A stretch of 64,000 nt of DNA from Mobula hypostoma (taxonomy: Eukaryota), in contig NC_086108.1 of the NCBI RefSeq assembly GCF_963921235.1, positions 94,676,001 through 94,740,000 of the forward strand, read 5' to 3'. This document shows positions 21,481 to 34,537 of the stretch, in pieces. The translations under genes were made by a program, and so were the position numbers. The notes below the pieces were generated by a model. That model worked only from the letters and a program-made list of their open reading frames with translations. It had not been told where the DNA came from and did no database searches. The first letter of the stretch is position 1; every line of letters starts with the position of its first letter.

Positions 21481-24163
21481 ACAAAGAAACATAGAAAATA
21501 GGTGCAGGAGTAGGCCATTTGGCCCTTTGAGCCTGCACGGCCATTCAGTATGATCATGGCTGATCATCCAACTCAGAACCCCGCCCCAGCCTTCCCTCCA
21601 TACCCCCTGACCCCCGTAGCCACAAGGGCCATATCTAACTCCCTCTTAAATATAGCCAATGAACTGGCCTCAACAGTTTCCTGTGGCAGAGAATTCCACA
21701 GATTCACCACTCTCTGTGTGAAGAAGTTTTTCCTCATCTCGGTCCTAAAAGGCTTCCCTTTTATCCTTAAACTGTGACCCCTCGTTCTGGACTTCCCCAA
21801 TATCGGGAACAATCTTCCTGCATCTAGCCTGTCTAATGTCTTTAGAATTTTATACGTTTCAATAAGATCCCCCCTCAATCTTCTAAAGTCCAGCAAGTAT
21901 AAGCCCAGTCGATCCAGTCTTTCTTCATATGAAAGTCCTGCCATCCCAGGAATCAATCTGGTGAACCTTCTTTGTACTCCCTCTATGGCAAGAATGTCTT
22001 TCCTCAGATTAGGGGACCAAAACTGCACACAATACTCCAGGTGTGGTCTCACCAAGGCCTTGTACAACTGCAGTAGCACCTCCCTGCTCCTGTACTCGAA
22101 TCCTCTCGCTATAAATGCCAGCATACCATTCGCCTTTTTCACCACCTGCTGTACCTGCATGCCCACTTTCAATGACTGGTATACAATGACACCCAGGTCT
22201 CATTGCACCTCCCCTTTTCCTAACCGGCCACCATTCAGATAATAATCTGTTTTCCTGTTCTTGCCACCAAAGTGGATAACCTCACATTTATCCGCATTAA
22301 ATTGCATCTGCCATGAATTTGCCCACTCACCTAACCTATCCAAGTCACCCTGTATCCTCTTAGCATCTTCCTCACAACTAACACTGCTGCCCAGCTTCGT
22401 GTCATCCGCAAACTTGGAGATGCTGCATTTAATTCCGTCTAAGTCATTAATATATATTGTAAACATCTGGGGTCCCAGCACTGAGCCTTGCGGTACCCTA
22501 CTAGTCACTGCCTGCCATTCTGAAAAGGTCCCATTTATTCCCACTCTTTGCTTCCTGTCTGCCAACCAATTCTCTATCCACATCAATACCATACCGCCAA
22601 TACCGTGTGCTTTAAGTTTGCACACTAATCTCCTGTGTGGGACCTTGTCAAAAGCTTTTTGAAAATCCAAATATATCACATCCACTGGTTCTCCCCTATC
22701 CACTCTACTAGTTACATCCTCAAAAAATTCTATGAGATTCGTCAGACATGATTTTCCTTTCACAAATCCATGCTGACTTTGTCCAATGATTCCACCGCTT
22801 TCCAAATGTGCTGTTATCACATCTTTGATAACTGACTCTAGCAATTTCCCCACCACCGATGTCAGGCTAACCGGTCTATCATTCCCTGGTTTCTCTCTCC
22901 CTCCTTTTTTAAAAAGCGGGGTTACATTAGCCACCCTCCAATCCTCAGGAACTAATCCAGAATCTAAAGAGTTTTGAAAAATTATCACTAATGCATCCAC
23001 TATTTCTTGGGCTACTTCCTTAAGCACTCTGGGATGCAGACCATCTGGCCCTGGGGATTTATCTGCCTTTAATCCCTTCAATTTACCTAACACCACTTCC
23101 CTACTAACATGTATTTCGCTCAGTTCCTCCATCTCACTAGACCCTCGGTCCCCTACTATTTCCAGAAGATTACTTACGTCCTCCTTAGTGAAGACAGAAC
23201 CAAAGTAGTTATTCAGTTGGTCTGCCATGTCCTTGTTCCCCATGATCAATTCACCTGTTTCTGACTGTAAGGGACCTACATTTGTCTTAACCAATCTTTT
23301 TCTTTTCACATATATATAACAGCTTTTATAGTCAGTTTTTATGTTCCCCGCCAGCTTTCTCTCATAATCCTTTTTCCCTTTCCTAATTAAGTCCTTTGTC
23401 CTTCTCTGCTGAACTCTGAATTTCTCCCAGTCCTCAGGTGTGCCGCTTTTTCTGGCTATTTTGTATGTTTCTTCTTCGGAATTGATACTATCCCTAATTT
23501 CCCTTGTCAGCCACGGGTGCACTACCTTCCCTGGTTTATTCTTTTGCCAAACTGGGATGAACAATTGTTGTAGTTCATCCTTGCGATCTTTAAATGCTTG
23601 CCATTGCATATCCACCGTCAACCCTTTAAGTATCGTTTGCCAGACTATCTTAGCTAATTCACGTCTCATACCTTCAAAGTTACCCTTCTTTAAGCTCAGA
23701 ACCTTTGTTCCTGAATTAACTATGTCACTCTCCATCTTAAGAAAGAATTCCACCATATTATGGTCACTCTTACCCAAGGGGCCTCGCACGACAAGATTGC
23801 TAACTAACCCTTCCTCATTGCTCAATACCCAGTCCAGAATGGCCTGCTCTCTAGTTGGTTCTTCGACATGTTGGTTCGGAAAACCATCCCGCATACATTC
23901 CAAGAAATCCTCTTCCTCAGCACCCTTACCAATTTGGTTCACCCAATCTATATGAAGTCACCCATTTAACTGCTGTTCCTTTATTGCACGCATTTCTAAT
24001 TTCCTGTTTAATGCCATCCCCAACCTCACTACTACTGTTAGGTGGCCTGTACACAACTCCCACCAGCGTTTTCTGCCCCTTAGTGTTATGTAGTTCTACC
24101 CATATCGATTCCACATCCTCCAGGCCTTCCTTTCTATTGCATTAATCTCCTCTCTAACCAGCA
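21481..24163 (-). mobile_element. CR1 LINE, 2.7 kb, nearly intact ORF2 (partial APE endonuclease plus RT)
   Basis: [37 protein letters not shown]; a small frameshifting deletion near 23950 and one TGA at 22200; TTTCTATG-type tail. Confidence 0.97.
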
Positions 24164-24381
24164 AGGGCCTGTTCCTGTGCTGTACTGTTCTAGGTTCTAT
24201 GCTGTGTCCAAATAGTGAGCTCTGGCCTTTATTCAAGAGGGTTTTAGTACAGGAATAATGATAAAATTCTGTAGGACCTCAGTGAGACCTAGTGTACACA
24301 GCTTTGATCTCTTTACCTAAAGAAATGATTTACTTCCAATCGAGAGAGCCCAGTGAAAATCTATCAGACTGATTCCACAGA

Positions 24382-24497
24382 ACCACAAGAGGCTGCAGAT
24401 GTGGAATCGGGGTCAGAATGAAACTGCTGGAGGAACTCAATAAGCCATTCGCTTTCCTTCACAGACACTGCCTGGCCCACAGTTTGTTTTTTTTTGG
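24382..24497. mobile_element. Short fold-back PLE-end insertion in an old CR1 fragment
   Basis: CTGCAGATG..GAATC...CTGCTGGAGGAACTCA followed by an opposite-strand ACAGACACTGCCTGGCCCAC; TTCCACA repeated at 24373 and 24498. Confidence 0.6.
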
Positions 24498-24719
24498 TTC
24501 CACAAATGGCGGGTTTTCCTCATACAATGTTATATGACGTTCATAATGAGATGGATGAGATAATCAAACATATAAAATTGAAGCATACAATTTAATAACG
24601 ATTACAGATCAGTAGCCAAGGCTTGAAATTGAATGTTCCAGAATACGAAATGATGAGAAGGTGAAATGGGAAAGAAGGAGACTGAAATGTAAAGAATGGA
24701 ATGAAAGGCAACAGAGGAT

Positions 24720-25045
24720 CATAGCCAGAGATTTTTTATCCCAGGGTGGAAATGGCTAATTCAAGGTGGCATAATTTTAAGGAGATTGGAGGAAAGTATA
24801 GGTGAGATATCAGAGGTAAGTTCTTTACACAGAAACTGGTGAGAGCATGGACATACTGCCAGACCTGGTGGTAGAGACAGATACATCGGGGGCATTTAAG
24901 AAGCTCTTAGATAGGCACTTGGATGATAGAAAAATGGAAGGCTATGCCAGAGGGAGGGTTAGGTTGATCTTAGAGTAAATTAAAATTGCAGCACAGCGTC
25001 ATGGGCCAAAGGGAATGTACTGTGTTGTACTGGTTTACGTTCCCT
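24720..25045 (+). mobile_element. CR1 3' fragment, old
   Basis: RGKFFTQ, GAFKKLLDRH, ATGGGCCAAAGGG...TGTGTTGTACT tail. Confidence 0.8.
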
Positions 25046-25149
25046 GTTCAATAATGTGAAAAGTTAACAAGCAGAGTTAGCTTAGATAACAATAGGAAGC
25101 AGCAAGGGGGAGAAAATACAATTTAAAATAATTTACAGTGCAGCTGATA

Positions 25150-25480
25150 AATTAGTAAATTAGTTTGTTATTGTCACGTGTACGGAAGTACAGTAAAGAA
25201 CTTTGTGTGGCATCCATACAGATCACTTCATTACAACTGAGCATTGAGATAGCACAAGGGAAGACAATGACAGGATGCAGGATCACGTAATAAAGTTACA
25301 GAGTAGTTGCAATGCCACAGTGAGGTGAATTGTGAGCTCAAGAACCCAGCTTATTGCACCTGATTGTTCAATGATCTTATAACGGAGGATAGAAGCTCTT
25401 CTTGAGCCTGGTGGTGCGACCCTTCATGCTTTTCTATCTTCTATCCAATGGGACAGGAAAAAAGAGAGAACGTAGGGAAT
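25150..25480 (-). mobile_element. Rex1 3' UTR fragment
   Basis: Reverse complement of the UTR type at 1400-1650. Confidence 0.65.
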
Positions 25481-25484
25481 TGTA

Positions 25485-25950
25485 TAACTCAGGAAATTAG
25501 AGATACGCGTGTCGAGGGTAATAGACAATAATCACTGACGACTTGGATCTACGCATAGATGGAGCAAATTGAATTAGCAGTAATAACATGGAGGATAAAT
25601 GCATGCAGTGTCTACACAATGGATTCCTAAATCAATCTGCTCTGGAACTAAGTGGGAGACAGGTTATTTTAACTCTAGTATGAAGCAATGAGAGGGTTAA
25701 TTAATAATCTTGGGGTTAATGGACCTTTAGAGAAGAAAGGTGATCACATGACAGCACTATATTTAAAAGCTTGGAAATGATGGCCAACAGGTGATTGGCC
25801 TTTATTGCAAGAGGATCTGAGTACAAGAATAAAGGCAATTTATTGCAGTAATATGATGATAGTACAACCGGTGTGTTGTGAACATGGTTTGGTCCCCCTA
25901 CCTAAAGTAAGGGATACATGTGATTCACACAGATTGATTCCTTGGATCGG
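25485..25950 (+). mobile_element. Very old CR1 ORF2 fragments
   Basis: QEIRD.C..GN..II..D...H.D and AFIARG.EYKNK remnants. Confidence 0.6.
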
Positions 25951-25959
25951 AGATTTAGA

Positions 25960-26215
25960 TAGACAAGAACAGAATTAGACCATTTGGCCCATCAAGTCTG
26001 CTCTACCATTCCATCATAGTTGATTTATTATCGTTCTCAACCACATTCTCCTGCCTTCTCCCCATAACCTTTGACATGCTTACTAATCAAGAACCTATTA
26101 ACCTCCAGTTTAAGTACTATTTATCTAATGACTTGGCCTCCACAGCCATCTGTGGCAATGAACTCCACATATTCACCGCCCTCTGGCTAAAGAAATTCCT
26201 CCTCACCTCTATTCT
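25960..26215 (-). mobile_element. CR1 3' end
   Basis: EVRRNFFSQR.VN.W.SLPQ.AVEAKSL plus 3' UTR. Confidence 0.85.
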
Positions 26216-26620
26216 TGGAAAAGAGAAAGAGCAAGGAGTTATGATAAAAGTGGTATTGTATACCACAAAGGGTCCATAGTGATAGAGAGGCATTATTTTC
26301 ATTGGCAGAAGGTCAAAAGTCAGAAGACGTAGAATGAAAGAGATTGTCAAACTAACCAAAACTGACATTAGGAAAAGATGTTTGTAACTCTTGTTTCTGG
26401 TATGGAATACTCTAGTAGTGTAGTAGTGGAGGTAGATAAAAGTCAAGAATTACTATCTATAAGGAAAGAATATGTACGAGTACAAGCAGAGCAAGGTGTA
26501 GTGGGACAAGCCAGATTGCTCCTCTATAGAGCTAGTTTCTCATTAGATGGACAAAGTTGCCTCCTGTGTTGCTGTCATTCTGTTTGTGCTATAAAGAAAG
26601 ATTAAGTTGACTGAACCATA

Positions 26621-27925
26621 CCAAGCAACACACACAAAATGCTGTTGGAACTCAGCAGGCCAGGCAGCTTCTATGGAAAAGAGTACAGTTAGCTTTTCAG
26701 ACCAAGACCCTTCATCAGGACTGGAGAAAAAAAGATGATGAGTCAGAGTTAGATGATGAGGTTGGGGGTGGGGGAGGAAGAAACACAAACTGGGAGAGGG
26801 AGAGGGGTGAAGAAAAGAGCTGGGAAGTTGTTTGGTGAAAGAGATACAGCACAGGAGAAGAGATCATCTGAAAGGAGAGGACAGAAGGCTATGGAAAAAA
26901 GAAAAGGGGGAGGGTCAGAGAGAGGTGATGGGCAGGTAAAGAGATAAGGTGAGAGAGGGAAAAGGGAGCGGGGGCGCATTATTGCAAGTTCGAGAAATCA
27001 ATCTTCGTGCCATCAGGTTGGAGACTACCCAGACTGAATACAAGGTGTTGTTCTTCCAAACTGAGTGTGGCCTCATTGCAACAGAAGAGGAGGCGATGGA
27101 CTGACATGTCGGAATGGGAATGGGAAGTGGAATTAAAATGGGTGACCATTGGGAGATCGCGCATTTTTTCCGGCAGATGGGGTGTAGGTGCTCGGCGATG
27201 TGGTTTCCCAATGTATGTCGGGTCTTACCGATATACAGGAGCCACACCGGGAGCACCAGGTACAGTAGATGATCCCAACAGATGCACAGGTGAAGTGTTG
27301 CCTCACCTGGAAGGACTGTTTGGGGTCCTGAACGGTAGTGAAGGAGGAGGTGTAAGGGTAGGTGTAGCACTTGTTCCTCTTGCAAGGATTGAGTGCCAGG
27401 AGGGAGGTCAGTGGGGAGAGACGTATGGACAAGGGAGTTGCATGGGGGGGGAGGGAAAGATGTGCTCCGAATGTGTGCAGGGAGCAACACCAATGCAGTC
27501 ATCGATGTATCATAGGAGAAGTTGGGGAGTGACACCAGTGCAGGCTTGGAACATAAACGGATCCACATAGTTGACAAAAAAAGCAGGCATAGCTGGGACC
27601 CATGTGAGTTCCCATGGCTACACCTTTTGTTTGAAGGAAGTGGGAGGAGCCAAAGGAGAAATTATTGAGAGTGTGACCAGTTCTGCCAGACAGAGGAGAG
27701 TGGTGGTGGAGGGGAACTGGTTGGGTCTGGTGTCCGGAAAGAAACAGAGAGCTTTGAGGCCTTCCTGGTGGGGGATGGAGGTGTGTAGGGACTGGACATC
27801 CATAGTGAAAATAAGATGCTTGGGGCCAGGGAACTTGAAATTATTGAAAAGATCAGGAATGTGTGAAGTGTCATGGATGTAGGTGGGAAGGGACTGAACC
27901 AGAGGGGATGAAACTGATTCGAGGT
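26621..27925 (-). mobile_element. Penelope-like element (Neptune-type), decayed, RT part plus GIY-YIG plus pseudo-LTR
   Basis: LIFTMDVQSLHTSIPHQEGL, GVAMGT.MGPSYA, CKRNKC, IYC..CSRCG.LYIG.T; internal deletion near 27450; degenerate hammerhead at ~26686-26723. Confidence 0.92.
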
Positions 27926-28215
27926 TTAGAAAAATTAGAACTGATCTCCTTGCAAAATACATAACCCAGAACTTGACACTGCAGTTGCCAAGATGGTGCC
28001 TTCCCTGGCTGGTTCGCCCAGAACCAGGGGCCATAGTCTCAAAATAAAGATGTTGTCTGAGATCATTGATCTTTGCAGAAGAGATATTTGTAATTCTCTA
28101 TCCAATGGAACAGTGAGGGTTAGTCACTGAATAGTTTCAAGAGAGAAATTTTGGTAATTATGGAATTTGGATAAGGGGATATCACCAGAAAGTGGCACTG
28201 AGGAACCTGGCACTC

Positions 28216-28450
28216 GGGGTGGCATGGTAGCATAACACCAGTGACCCAGGTTCAATTCCAACCACTGTCTGTAAGGAGTCTGCACGTTCTCCCTGTGACT
28301 GTGTGGGTTTCCTCCGGGTGCTCCGGTTTCCTCCTGCAGTCTACGGGCCGGTAGGTTAATTGGTCACATGGCTGTAATTGGGTGACACAGGGTGTTGGGC
28401 CAGAAGGGCCTGTTACCATGCTGTGTCTCTGAATGAAGTAAAAAATAAAT
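28216..28450 (+). mobile_element. V-SINE (HE1-like) with CR1-type tail
   Basis: B box GGTTCAATTCC; V-domain GTTCTCCCTGTGACTGTGTGGGTTTCCTCCGGGTGCTCCGGTTTCCTCC; GGGCCAGAAGGGCCTGTT tail. Confidence 0.85.
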
Positions 28451-29708
28451 AAAATGGCCCTCTCCTGCTTCTTTTTCTTATATTCTTACATTACGTCCAT
28501 ACACACCACTTCTCAATTCTGGTCACCGCCTAACCAGAAGGAGATGATATCGCTACTTAGTATCAGGGAACAAGAAGTTTAATTATAAAGGGGCATTGAC
28601 TGGGCAGACATTGTTTTATTTAGAAATGAAAAGGTTGAGGGGGGATTTAATGAATATGTATAAAATTATGAAGAGCAGATGGTGGGAATAGGTTAGATCC
28701 ATTTCATTTGGCAGACTGGATGATAGCTAACTAGTGACCGCAGGTTTAAAGGTTTGAAAAGACATGAGGTAAAGAATAACATCATCCAAAGAGAGGAAGA
28801 AACTGCTACTGCATTGAAAAAGTACCTGAGTAAACACTTCTACTGGGAGGATCCGGGCCGTGGAACCCAGCTACAGCACAGATTGAATCATCCTGGTGGA
28901 GGTTCAGATTCAGATTTATTTATTTATCACATGCACATCAAAACTTAGTGTTTGCGTTCATAACCCACACAACCTAGGGATGAGCTGGGGGCATCCTGGA
29001 AGCGGTGCCACGCATCCCAGCACCAACATAGCAACCCCACAACAGAAGGGCCTGGTCCTCTTCTTCCCCTTTGTGAATCTCTTCCCATCTCGGCTCAGTC
29101 AGCAACAAGTCCATGATCTCATCTAGTGGTTTTCCTGCCGCAATCAAGACTGTTCAGATGTTCCTGGAATTGTGTTTCTGCTGCCTGGGGCGGGGGGGAC
29201 ATCCCCTTCAGTGGGTGTTATCTATCAATGATCTCATCCTTTCAGTCCGGTGTGGGGATGTTCAAAGGGGAGCAACTCCAGATTTATTCAACATAGATAT
29301 ACAGGGGTCCTGAAGAAACAGTGAGTCAAATATGGAGTCACGCTGACCACAGGAAGTTGTACCAAAGAGGAACAAGGAGAGAAAATGCTGAACCAAATGT
29401 AGTGGGCATCAGTTCTGCATGGTGATAGCAAGTGTGCTACCAGGGCAAAATCCTGCCTTCCACTTTCAGATCTTAATCAAATAGCCTCTGGAGAATATCA
29501 TGAGAAGGCCTATCTCTCTCCAAGTATTTCATTTAGCCGTTGAGAAATCTCGCTATTCACTCTGGCAGCTGGTTCTGGGGATGGAAGTTGGAATGTTTGT
29601 ATGCAAAGATATATTACAGAATTTCAATAACATTTTAAATGCGTACATATAATCAAAGATCAAATTTCAAAGTAAATTTATTATCTAGTATATATGTCAC
29701 CATATGCA

Positions 29709-29930
29709 ACCACAGGCCTTTCCAGTGCATGGGCCGGCGCCATCCACTTACACCCATGTGACCAATTAACTTACTAACCTGTGTGTCTTTGGAATGTGGG
29801 AGGAAACTGGAGCTGCCGGGAAGAAACCCACACAGTCATGGGAAGAATGTACCAACTCCTTACAGATAGCGACAGAGCTGAACCAGGTCACTGGCACTGT
29901 TATAGCGTTACACCAACCACTACACCACTG
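29709..29930 (-). mobile_element. V-SINE
   Basis: Reverse-complement V-domain GGGAGGAAACTGGAGC...GAAACCCACACAGTCATGGG. Confidence 0.8.
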
Positions 29931-31004
29931 CAAATCAGATGACTTCCTAGATCGATATATTAAGAAAACAAGGAGGTTAAGAGTAATGTAAGATCTCATT
30001 TTATGCAATGGAAAAGGGTTAATTAGAAATTTTGTAGCGGTGCTTTTAGAGACAAGTCACCACAGTATTTTTGTAATTTTACCTAGAGTTTGAAAGTGAC
30101 GTAATTCACTTTAAAACTACGGTTTTCAATCAAATCAAAAGGTGCGAGAGGAGAATTACCTACGGTTGATTGTGAAAATGCATTGAAAGCTTAACAGCCT
30201 TGTCAAACAATGGGCAGAAATTATGCAAAACTACAGGCAAAGGACTTTGTGTCATGACTTCTTGCAACAGTCACTAAAATTTGTCCCAGCAGTTAGCAGG
30301 GCTATAGGAACAGCAAACCATTGTCTACAAATAGATCATTGAACAGATACGCATATTTTGTTTCTATATAAATAAATGCTTGGTCATACCAAGAGGAAGT
30401 AAAATTACAAAGAAGGGGGTGAGTGATGTAGATGAACGAACACGTATGCAAATGAAAATAGCTCTGCAACCTCCAGCTCTGGAGTTGGGGAAAGAAGTGT
30501 CACATTTCAGCATCAAAATAGTTTAAAAAATTATGTAAAAGTAAAAATAGACGGAAAGGAAATGTACATTAGGTGATTTTATCAGTGTTACACAGTTTTG
30601 CCAATTCAGTCACTCTCTGTATTTGGGCTTTGTAGATTTTGGAAAGGCTTTTGGGTATCCGGAAGTGAGTGACTTGTGGCCAGTTACTGATCTGTTCCAT
30701 GGTATTTATTTGGCTGGGTTTCTGGTCAATAACGCCCCAAGGATACGGATGATGGTGGTGCCATTAAACACCATACGGTGGGTGGTTTGCTGGAGTGAAT
30801 ACACATATTCCTTGTTTATTCGATGAACATTTCTCACTCTGAAGTGCAAGACTCACTGCAGCAGAGTCTACCAATGTGCAACCATGACAGTCTAGAGGAA
30901 ATGTAAAGATCACGACAAAATTAGTCAGTACCCTGCCTTCTTCTTTGCAGCATTTCTGAGTACTGCATTTGGTTCTATATATAACAGAAATAAATGAATA
31001 CTCA

Positions 31005-31331
31005 TAGTCATACTTTATTAATCCCGGGGGAAATTGGTTTTCGTTACAGTTACACCATAAATAATAGTAATAAAACCATAAATAATTAAATAGTAATATG
31101 TAAATTATGCCAGGAAATAAGTCCAGAACCAGCCTATTGGCTCAGGGTGCCTGACCCTCCAAGGGAGGAGTTGTAAAGTTTGATGGCCACAGGCAGGAAT
31201 GACTTCCTATGACGCTCAGTGCTGCATCTTGGTGGAATGAGTCTCTGGCTGAATGTACTCCTGTTCCCAACCAGTACATTATGTAGTGGATGGGAGACAT
31301 TGTTCAAGATGGCATGCAACTTAGACAGCAG
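31005..31331 (-). mobile_element. Young Rex1 3' end
   Basis: Near-identical to the other two young copies; (TATGAC)n tail. Confidence 0.95.
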
Positions 31332-32335
31332 GTCTGATGTATCAGTGGAGTAAGGGAAATTACAGCTGCATGAGAGAGGAGCTGGCCAAAGCAAATTGGA
31401 AGGAGCTACTGGCAGGGATGTCAGCAGAGCAGCAATGCTAAAATGTGTTTCTGGGGAAAATGAGGAAGGTGCAGGACATGTGTATTCCAAAAATGAAGAA
31501 ATACTTAAATGGTAAAGTAGCACAACCGTGGCTGACAAGGGAAGTTGAAGCTATTGTAAAAGCAAAAGAAAGGGCAATCAACAAAGCAAATATTAGTGGG
31601 AAGATAGAGGTTTGGGAAGCTTTTAAAAACCTGCAGAGAGCAACTAAAAAAATCATTAGAAGGGAAAAGATGAAATATGAAAGCAAGCTCGCAAATAATA
31701 TCAAAGTGGATAGTAAAAGTTCTTTCAAGTATGATAAAAATAAAAGAGAAATGAGAGTGGGTATAGGACCACTAGAAAATGAGGCAGGAGAAATAATAAC
31801 GGGGGACAAGGAGATGGCTGGTGAAATAAATGAGTATTTTGCATCACACTTCACTGTGGAAGACACTAGCTGTATGCCTGATCTTGTAGTGTATGAAGGA
31901 AGAGAAGTGGGTGCAGTTACTGTTACAAGAGAGAAGGTGCTCAAACAGCTAAAAGACCTAAAGGTACATAAGTCACCCAGACCAGATGAAGTGCACCCTA
32001 GGTTCTGAAAGAGGTAGTGTTAGAGACTGTGGTGGCATTAGAAATGATCTTTCAAAAATCATTGGACTCTGGCAAGGTGCCAGAGGACTGGAAAATTGCA
32101 AATGTTACTCCACTCTTTAAGAAAGGAGGAAGGCCCAGCAGAAAGGAAATTATAGATCAGTTAGCCTGACCTCAGTGGCTGGTAAGATGTTATAGAGTCA
32201 ATTGTTAAGGATGAGGTGATGGAGTACTTGGTGACACGGGACAAGTTAGTACAAAGTCAGCATGGTTTCCTTCAGGGAAAATCCTGCCTGGCAAACCTTT
32301 TGGAATTCTTTGAGGAGATTACAAGTAGGATAGAT

Positions 32336-34537
32336 CAGCAGTCCTCAACCACCGGGCCACAGACTGGTACCAGGCCACAAAGCATGTGTTACCGGGCTGC
32401 GAGAAAATGATATGAGTCAGCTGCACCTTTCCTCATTCCCTGTCACGCACTGTTGAACTTGAACATAGGGTTGCCAACTGTCCCGTATTTGCCGGGACAT
32501 CCCGTATATTGGGCTAAATTGGTTTGTCCCATATGGGACCGCCCTTGTCCCGTATTTCCCCCGCTAAGGTACAGCGATCTTATGAAACCTTTTGTGCCGA
32601 AATGGCGTGAAACGAAGAAGCAATTACCATTAATTTATAAGACCATAAGACCATAAGACAAAGGAGCAGAAGTAGGCCATTCGGCCCATCGAGTCTGCTC
32701 CGCCATTTTCTCATGAGCTGATCCATTTTATCCTATTTAGTCCCACTGCCCCGCCTTCTCACCATAACCTTTGATGCCCTGGCTACTCAGATACCTATCA
32801 ATCTCTGCCTTAAATACGCCCAATGACTTGGCCTCCACTGCTGCCCGTGGCAACAAATTCCATAGATTCACCACCCTCTGACTAAAAAAATTTCTTCGCA
32901 TTTCTGCTCTGAAAGGGCGCCCTTCAATCCTGAAGTCATGCCCTCTCATACTAGACTCCCCCATCATGGGAAACAACTTTGCCACATCCACTCTGTCCAT
33001 GACTTTTAACATTCGAAATGTTTCTATGAGGTCTCCCCTCATTCTTCTAAACTCCAAGGAATACAGTCCAAGAGCAGACAAACGTTCCTCATATGTTAAC
33101 CCTCTCATTCCCGGAATCATTCTCGTGAATCTTCTCTGTACCCTCTCCAACGTCAGCACATCCTTTCTTAAATAAGGAGACCAAAACTGCCCACAGTACT
33201 CCAAGTGAGGTCTCACCAGCGCCTTATAGAGCCTCAACATCACAGCCCTGCTCCTATACTCTATTCCTCTAGAAATGAATGAGAACATTGCATTCGCCTT
33301 CTTCACTACTGACTCAACCTGGAGGTTAACTTTAAGGGAATCCTGTACGAGGACTCCCAAGTCCCGTTGCATCTCAGAACTTTGAATTCTTTCTCCATTT
33401 AAATAATAGTCTGCCTGTTTACTTTTTCTGCCAAAGTGCATAACCATACACTTTCCAACATTGTACTTCATTTGCCACTTCTCTGCCCATTCTTCCAATC
33501 TATCCAAGTCTCTCTGCAGACTCTCAGTTTCCTCAGCACTACCGGCCCCTCCACCTATCTTTGTATCGTCAGCAAACTTAGCCACAAAGCCATCTATTCC
33601 ATAATCCAAATCGTTGATGTACAATGTAAAAAGAAGCGGCCCCAACATGGACCCCTGTGGAACACCACTGGTAACCAGCAGCTAACCAGAATAGGATCCC
33701 TTTATTCCCACTCTCTGTTTCCTGCCAATCAGCCAACGCTCTGTCCACGTATGTAACTTTCCCGTAATACCATGGGCTCTTATCTTGTTAAGTAGCCTCA
33801 TGTGTGGCACCTTGTCAAAGGCCTTCTGAAAATCCAAATATACAACATCCACTGCATCTCCCTTGTCTAGCCTACTGGTAATTTCCTCAAAAAATTGTAA
33901 TAGGTTTGTCAGGCAGGATTTTCCTTTAAGGAATCCATGCTGAGTTCTGCCTATCTTGTCATATGCCTCCAGGTACTCTGTAACCTCATCCTTGACAATC
34001 GACTCCAACAACTTCCCAACCACCAACGTCAAGCTAACAGGTATATGGGGAAAATTTCTGAGCGTTCCCAGACCCCAAAAAATAACCTACCAGATCATAC
34101 CAAATAACACATAAAACCAAAAATAAATAACACTATCATATAGTAAAAGCAGGAATGATATGATAAATACACAGCCTATATAAGGTAGAAATAATGTATG
34201 TACAGTATAGTTGGGAAGATGAAGGCAAAACCGATTTGTGGGAGGAAAAGAAACGGCACCAATGCACATCACATGCGCACATCACGCATGCGCACACAAG
34301 TGCCCGCCCAAGGCTTCATGGTCATGGCATCTTTCCTGGGGTAAACACAAGTGTCCCGGGATTTGCCTGCTACTTTTGTCCCTTATTTGGGAGTGAGAAA
34401 CCCCAACTGTAAAAGACATGTTGAGGTAAGTTTAACCCTACTTGAACATCCCCCCCCCCCCACCAACTTTTGCTGGTCCACAAGAGTATTGTCAATATTA
34501 AACCGGTCTGCGGTGCAAAAAAGGTTGGGGACCCCTG
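32336..34537. mobile_element. Non-autonomous hAT transposon containing a CR1 insertion
   Basis: TIRs CAGCAGTCCTCAACC / GGTTGGGGACCCCTG; perfect 8-bp TSD GGATAGAT (32328-32335, 34538-34545). Confidence 0.93.
32637..34042 (-). mobile_element. Young CR1 LINE, 5'-truncated (RT to tail)
   Basis: ORFs 33682-34032 and 32737-33648 separated by a single stop; (TCTTATGG)n tail. Confidence 0.96.

Noticed and set aside
22200..23942. 580-aa ORF as a functional gene
   Set aside because: It is a 5'-truncated CR1 ORF2 bounded by a frameshift and a premature stop; there is no sign of domestication.
29200..30800. Faint RT-like words (PDLFNIDI, ADHRKL, ILG..IDQK)
   Set aside because: Probably very old CR1/L2 debris, too decayed to delimit or classify.
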